From Octopus sinensis (lineage: Eukaryota): a stretch of 14,166 nucleotides of DNA. The notes under the pieces are model-generated. The model did not search any database and was not told where the DNA came from. It worked only from the letters and a program-made list of their open reading frames with translations. Of the stretch, positions 8,561 through 14,166 are shown piece after piece. The position numbers were made by a program, and so were the translations under genes. Every line of letters begins with the position of its first letter. The stretch's first letter is position 1. The stretch spans positions 1 to 14,166 of the forward strand of contig NW_021825916.1 of assembly GCF_006345805.1 (NCBI RefSeq), written 5' to 3'.

Positions 8561-8987
8561 AGTGTCACTGCATAAAAGAAAAAGGTTTAGGGTAGACTCA
8601 TCTGATGAATACTCAACCGTTTACACATTATTTCAGGAGCGATAATTCGTTCGTACCAACCCGAGTTGCTGGATAATTGTTTCGCTCTTTTTAGAATTTT
8701 GTAGAGAGGAAATTTTTCGAAGATTGTAATTTATAGAAATTTATTGTTTCAAGAGAACACTGATTTTGAATTACTTTCAATTTTTACGATTATAGATAAC
8801 AACTCACGCTGTAACGTCTGAGCCCGCGTCGGGCAGGTGAAACGTCTACTATGAATATTTTTTGACATATGGCACCTCTAAGACGACCGCCAGACGCTGA
8901 AAGGAAATAAAGGAACTGTGACCAGGCTCGACAAAAGGAGCCCGAGTTATTGGCTGTAATTACATACTTTAAATTGAAGGAGATTAA

Positions 8988-9336
8988 GGGGCTAATGCAC
9001 ATCTCCTTCAAAAATGCATTTTAAAATAAAATTTCTTCGAATTCCTAGGTTTTTGATGTCAGAATACGAATATACAAAGAATATATTTTTTTATTTTACC
9101 CCCGCCCCCCGCCGCCACCTCACTTTACATACCTGCTTTAATGAAATTTCCACACTTCAATATACAACAATACATTTAAAATTGGGGTAGGGGAGGTTGA
9201 GGCGGGTGGGGTTAAAATTTGGAAAAATCATTTTTTGCATATTCGTAATCTCCGATATCTAAAACCTAGGAATCTAAAGAATCCATTTTTTAAAAAATGC
9301 ATTTTTGAAGGTGAGGTGCGAAACTGCTTTAGCCCC
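8988..9336. mobile_element. Old MITE-like element with long imperfect inverted arms (possibly Kolobok-type)
   Basis: Termini GGGGCTAA (8988-8995) and TTAGCCCC (9329-9336). Exact inverted matches 9005-9022/9294-9311 (18 nt), 9041-9053/9261-9273 (13 nt) and 9065-9073/9239-9247. TTAA lies immediately left, but GAAA lies on the right. Confidence 0.8.
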
Positions 9337-9415
9337 GAAATTAAATCAGCTTAATTAAATTTATACTCGGGCTAAGTTCGAACAGCCCGAGTGCCGGAGT
9401 CAACACTGGTCGATC

Positions 9416-9447
<32 letters not shown>

Positions 9448-9503
9448 TGTGTGTGTGTGTGAGTGTGGTGTGTGTGTGTGTATGTGTGTGTGCGCCTGTG
9501 TGT
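9416..9503. repeat. (TG)n microsatellite
   Basis: Directly visible. Confidence 0.96.
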
Positions 9504-10612
9504 GTCTTTTATATTTAGCCGTACATAGAGGAAAAAAATCAGTATTTTCGGAATGACTTCCAATGAGATAGACATTGGCTGAAATCATGATATATAATTT
9601 AAAATGAGATTAAAAAACAACAAACCAAAAAAGCAGAGGATCGGTTAAATCCCTTGAACCTTCGCCCTCCAATGCAAGAACTTGTGCCAACGTCATTAGT
9701 TAATGTTTTATTTATTCTGCTTCATTTCAAGATAGGAAAATACTAAATATAAACACTTACTGGTGCTGACGTTCAGTTTATTGTTGTTGTCCCCACGGTA
9801 ATATTATCTCACTATCTTGAGGGGTTGTGGATTGATAGAACGAGTAGAGTAAGCAACAAACGAACATCTTGTGGGATTTTTGGTTTATGTTTTAGTCGCA
9901 ACCCCGGTGGTAGTCAAATTTGCACTGTTATCTCTCGAGAGTTGGTGAAATAAATACAAGACACGGACGTTGTCATTTGAATAGACTACCCATAATGTGT
10001 GGCCTTGAGTCAGTGTCAAAAAGTTACCGTTCCCTCTCATCGTCTCAAAAGGCAGGGAAATGAGAGACAAGGTTAAGCACCGGACTATTTTCTTTTAACT
10101 GTTCAGTGCCAAACAGAAAAATTCTATGTTTACGTCCACCGTGGTCTTTGGTTTCTTTGGTCCACCGTGGTCTATGGTTTATGAAGCACGCTAGATGAAA
10201 AATATTTGTTAATCCCAATTTAATCCACTATTTGTCGGGAGAAAATGGTATTGAGATTGCCCTACAGCAAAGTAGAATGAAAAAGTGGAATAATGAAACG
10301 GAGAGACAGGGAGAAAGACAGACAGAGATCAACCTCGTATTTTCTGGTACTGTAGTTATTGATTCTGGGTGGATAAATGCAAAATTGGCAGCACAAATTA
10401 CCAGAACAATGACCACAGTGCATCTGTCAGATGCTGCCAATAATTGTTTCAAGATGGACCTAACTGAAGGTCTTATGTTGAAATAACGAAATCAAGTCAT
10501 TAACTTTGGTACATTTTCTTAATTAGAATATAACCGATATATTCATATTAATGTCATTCACTTTTTAACATATTTTTAAAATTAGAGAACTGGCCTGAAT
10601 GGTTGCAATAGA

Positions 10613-10899
10613 GCAGAGTCCACAGAAATCGAGGAGGTTGGCAACGTTCTAAAAGAATACGAAATTTTGGCAGAAGCAAAAATTAGCTAGGACGAATTAG
10701 AGAGCTTGCAAGTAGGCATTTTGAGAAGCGCGTGCACGCCCTAAGGCGCCCGACGGGTAGTCCTGCTAAGTTATTTGGAGTCTTGTTTGATCCGAACCTT
10801 CAGGTGAATGGGAACTGAGATGAGGTTACGAGCAAGGTAGCCAGGCTCACCCAGAAATGGGCTAAAAGGAAACTATTCTTGAAAGGTTGGGTAGAGGTG
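10613..10899 (+). pseudogene. Degenerate L1/Tx1-clade LINE reverse transcriptase fragment (RT C-terminal part and thumb)
   Basis: AESTEIEEVGNVLKEYEILAEAKIS*DELESLQVG, then a frameshift to RPTGSPAKLFGVLFDPNLQVNGN*DEVTSKVARLTQKWAKRKLFLKGWVEV. This matches the Tx1-type pattern GAKINxxKS...VKxLGVxF....NW......W..R.LSLxGR. Stops at 10688-10690 and 10816-10818. Confidence 0.85.
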
Positions 10900-11613
10900 C
10901 TCGACTCTATCTTTCTTCCTTCCGGAGTAGATAAAATAATTAGCAATCAAGTTATTGATTAAATAGTTTAACCTCCAGAAATCTCTTTTCTAACACCATT
11001 GAAAATGAGAGGAGACAAGAACTGTCTGTTATAAATCGCCATACAAAACAGCCATTCCATCTATTACATTCAGCTCTCGTAATTCCGTTAAGAATTCTTT
11101 TTTTCTACTTTTGCGTAAAATGAAATTAAGTGAAGTGAAGTAAAAGTCATTATTTGAATGAAAAACAAACAAGCACAAACAACATCAACAATAATTACAA
11201 TCACAACGCTAATTGCAACAACAACAACAACAACAGTAGTGTCCGCTATTTAATTATTATTTTTTTATTTCATTTCATTTTATCTCAGTCATTTCTGATT
11301 TTAATTAAAAACCAGATGGAGTTAACTTTCCACCAGAATCAGTGAAAAATATTTTTTTAAGTTTCATCAAAGGTGATTTTAACAGAATTATTATCAGCAC
11401 GCTGAAGTTTTTATTTCATATATTAAAGGAAAATGATGGTGAAGAATTTCTTTTTTTATCTAGACATAATTTTCCTTTGTGAATTTAAACAAAGGAAAGC
11501 CAAGACATCATGTGTGTGTGTGTGTGTGTGTGTGTGTGATACCTTATACTGCGGGAAATTCCCCTCATCAGTGCTCAACTGAAGATCTCTACGATTTCTG
11601 AATATTCCAACAG

Positions 11614-11706
11614 TCTCTCTCTCTCCCACCTTTCTCTTCCACCCCTCTCTCTCTCTTTCTATCTATCTATCTGTCTGTCTCTCTATTTATATATCTATCT
11701 ATCTCT
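11614..11706. repeat. (CT)n/(CTAT)n microsatellite
   Basis: Directly visible. Confidence 0.9.
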
Positions 11707-12109
11707 CCTTTGATGCCAGCTTTGAGAGGGAAGGAAGGAGGAAGGGAGGCAGGAATGGAAAGTAGCCTTAATCCGGAGACCTGGCGCGAATACTCCGCTA
11801 AAGGTACCCAAAGTGACAATTGGCGGAGCTGAACTGTCGACGGATTGAGCTTGTCACCCAAGTAAAACTCAAATAACTGAAATAAACACCGCAAGGCATC
11901 CGGCTCGATGTTTTCAGAAGTCTGCTAATTCACCGTCTTTGAATGGTACTGTTTTTAATCGACTCTGCGGTTTATTTCTAGCTATTCAATGCCAAACTGG
12001 ATTTAAAGAAAAAAACGAGTCTTTACTTCTAAACTAATATAATAATTATCTTTTGGAATGATGAATCGCAGAGTGCACAAAATTATAGATTATAGCGTGA
12101 TTATAGATT

Positions 12110-12441
12110 ATAGTTCCGGGTTCAGTCCCTCTGCGTGGCACCTTGAGCAAGTATCTTCTACTATAGCCTCGGGCCGACCAAAGCCTTGTGAGTGGATTTG
12201 GTAGACGGAAACTGAAAGAAGCCCGTCGTATATACATATGTGTGTGTGTGTGTGTGTGTGTATGTGTGTGCGTGTGTGTGTATGTGTGAGTGTGTGTGTG
12301 TGTATGTTTGTGTGCCTGTTTGTACCCCACCATCGCTTGACAACCGATGTTGGTGTGTTTACGTCCCTGTAATTTTGCGATTCGGCAAAAGGCGGTGCTC
12401 CAGCATGACCCAGTCAAATGACTGGAACAAGTAAAAGAGTA
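12110..12441 (+). mobile_element. 5'-truncated SINE family 1 copy, near-identical to 6475-6830 including the 65-nt deletion
   Basis: ATAGTTCCGGGTTCAGTCCCTCTGCGTGGCACCTTGAGCAAGTATCTTCTACTATAGCC is identical to the sequence from 6475 onward; same GGCAAAAGGCGGTG junction. Confidence 0.92.
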
Positions 12442-13307
12442 AAGGAATACACACACACACACACACACACATACGCATACACACACATATATTAAGGAAT
12501 TGTGTTCAAATACCCCTTGGATAGAAAAAGGTCAAAGGTTGCCCTTACAACTTGAAACCGCGTGACTCGAGCCTATATCTGTAAACATGACAGGCATTCT
12601 ACCAATTTGACCAAAGCAAAATACAATTCTCAGTGGTAAGAATAAAGTTTCTTAAAATGTGCGTTGACATTCAAAAGGTAGTATTGTTCCAACGGTAAAA
12701 CGCCTACTATGGAGATGGTTCGAAGCCCGCGGAAGCTTTCTGTCCAAAGGTTTCTGCTCCTTTTTTTTAACCCAATATTGATATACTATTATCTATCGCT
12801 TTATATGCTTCGAGATTAACCATTCCAATATATATATATATATATATATATATTATTTCACTTCCTCGCGGCTGTTGAATTCTTATGACGTCAATAATAT
12901 AATAATGCTGTTATTTATATGAAAAATGGGTATTAAAAGTAACACGAAACCTATTTTCGCATTGATTTTCATGTTATAAAATAAGATTTGTTCCGACAGG
13001 ATTGTTTTCGAAAAAATAACTATAAAATGAACAAAACAATGCAAACAGTTTTACATATGAAAATAAGAATTTTAGAAACATCAATAAATGGAGATTTTAT
13101 AAAAATCTTTGAAGAGAAATACGCCAAAAGAATTAATACGAACACAGTTATACTGTTGTAAGGTTAATGTCTTCACCATGAAAGAAGATGGCTACTATGT
13201 GATGGGTAACGGTGAAATGGAAAATTCTGGGAGGCAGTGGGGCACTATTTTCTGGTCGGTAGATCGTCATCATCAGCATCTACTTCAGGAATTATCTTTT
13301 CATCATA

Positions 13308-13392
13308 TACTTGTTTCAGTAATTAGACTGCAGCCAGGCAGCAGTACCACCTTGAAGAATTTTAGTCGAATAACTTAACCCTAGTACTAATC
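13308..13392 (-). mobile_element. Diverged 3' end fragment of SINE family 1
   Basis: TACTTGTTTCAGTAATTAGACTGCAGCCA...TTTAGTCGAA aligns with 1279-1331. Confidence 0.75.
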
Positions 13393-13417
13393 TTTTTTTT
13401 TTTTTTTCTTTTTAAGC

Positions 13418-14034
13418 TTGTTTTCCCCTCTGTGTTTAGTCCCTTGTGGGTAGTAAAGAAATAGGTATTTCGTCTGCCGCTACGTTCTGAGTTCAAATTC
13501 CGCCGAGGTCGACTTTGCCTCTCACCCTTTCGGGGTCGATTAAATAAGTACCAGTTACGCACTCGGGTCGATGTAATCGACTTAATCCGTTTATCTGTCC
13601 TTGTTTTTCCCCTCTATGTTTAGCCGCTTTGTGGGCAATAAAGAAATAAGAAACGTTAGCACGCCGGGTGAAATGCGTGGCCGTATTTCGTCTGCCGTTA
13701 TGTTCTGAGTTCAAATTCCGCCGAGGTCGACTTTGCCTTTCATCCGTTCGGGGTCGATAAAATAAGTACCAGTTACGCACTGGGGTCGATGTAATCGACT
13801 TAATCCGTTTGTCTGTCCTTGTTCGTCCCCTCTATGTTTAGCCCCTTGTGGGTAGTAAAGAAATAGGTATTTCGTCTGTCTACGTTCTGAGTTCAAATTC
13901 CGTCGAGGTCGACTTTGCCTTTCATCCTTTCGGGGTCGATAAATTAAGTACCAGTTGCGTACAGGTTCGATCTAATCGACTGGTCCCACCTCCCCAAAAA
14001 TTTCAGGCCTTGTGCCTATAGTATAAAAGATATT
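13418..14034 (+). mobile_element. Head-to-tail tandem array of tRNA-derived SINE family 3 (tail stub plus three units)
   Basis: Stub 13418-13463; units 13464-13648, 13649-13865 and 13866-14034. Each unit has a B-box-like GAGTTCAAATTCC and GCCTTTCATCC.TTCGGGGTCGAT (resembles the Meta/MESC central domain as I recall it). The last unit has a different 3' end. Confidence 0.9.
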
Positions 14035-14166
14035 AGTTACTGACAATGTGGTTGGAGGTAGGTATTATCGCCAGCATTTGAATTTTCGCACTTTATATTG
14101 GTCAAAGTGAGGTGCTAGTCGCTGATTCCGACGTATGATGGTACACAGTAAGAGAGAACTCAAAAA

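Noticed and set aside
8602-8608. CTGATGA on the plus strand
   Set aside because: No stem II and no GAAA follow.
614-9588. Many ORFs made of YI, HT, CV, poly-N/I/L repeats
   Set aside because: They are translations of (TA), (CA), (TG) and (ATT) microsatellites, which lack stops in several frames; no coding evidence.
10134-10180. 21-bp direct repeat GTCCACCGTGGTCT(T/A)TGGTTT at a 26-bp period
   Set aside because: Only two units; an ordinary local duplication, not a CRISPR or other array.
10228-10452. Hydrophobic ORF faintly like an ion-channel transmembrane segment
   Set aside because: TTG start, upstream frame closed at 10494-10492, no conserved motifs, and it runs into a GA-rich repeat.
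12859-12893. ETS-like CACTTCCT next to a CRE palindrome TGACGTCA (also ACCGGAAGT at 1143-1151)
   Set aside because: Single short motifs are expected by chance in 14 kb, and there is no gene start to anchor them.
13109-13378. 89-aa ORF
   Set aside because: The last third is antisense SINE sequence; the rest matches nothing I recognise, and the splice signals are weak.
13464-14034. Tandem array considered as CRISPR, tRNA cluster or hammerhead retrozyme
   Set aside because: No unique spacers, no complete cloverleaf, and no CUGANGA/GAAA core on either strand.

Overview
AT-rich, microsatellite-dense eukaryotic DNA with no recognisable host protein-coding gene. The SINE and LINE families I recognise point to an Octopus (coleoid cephalopod) genome; this is an inference. 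Almost every ORF in the supplied track is a translated microsatellite or SINE. The real coding relics are short, broken and missing from the track: a Helitron Rep/helicase fragment (1-347, -), the C-terminus of an R4/Dong-type ORF (6236-6385, -) and an L1/Tx1 reverse-transcriptase fragment (10613-10899, +). The window holds three tRNA-derived SINE families, two of whose copies have clear target-site duplications. It also has two MITE-like foldbacks, a hairpin built from microsatellites, and two different elements stacked inside one (TAA)n tract. The most interesting signals are: (1) a near-complete minimal type I hammerhead-ribozyme motif of the Penelope-like kind (7542-7576, -) plus further degenerate hammerhead-like cores; (2) the (TAA)n-targeted retroelement stack; (3) a head-to-tail SINE array with recurrent microhomology junctions; (4) a locally duplicated SINE that carries its 3' flank.
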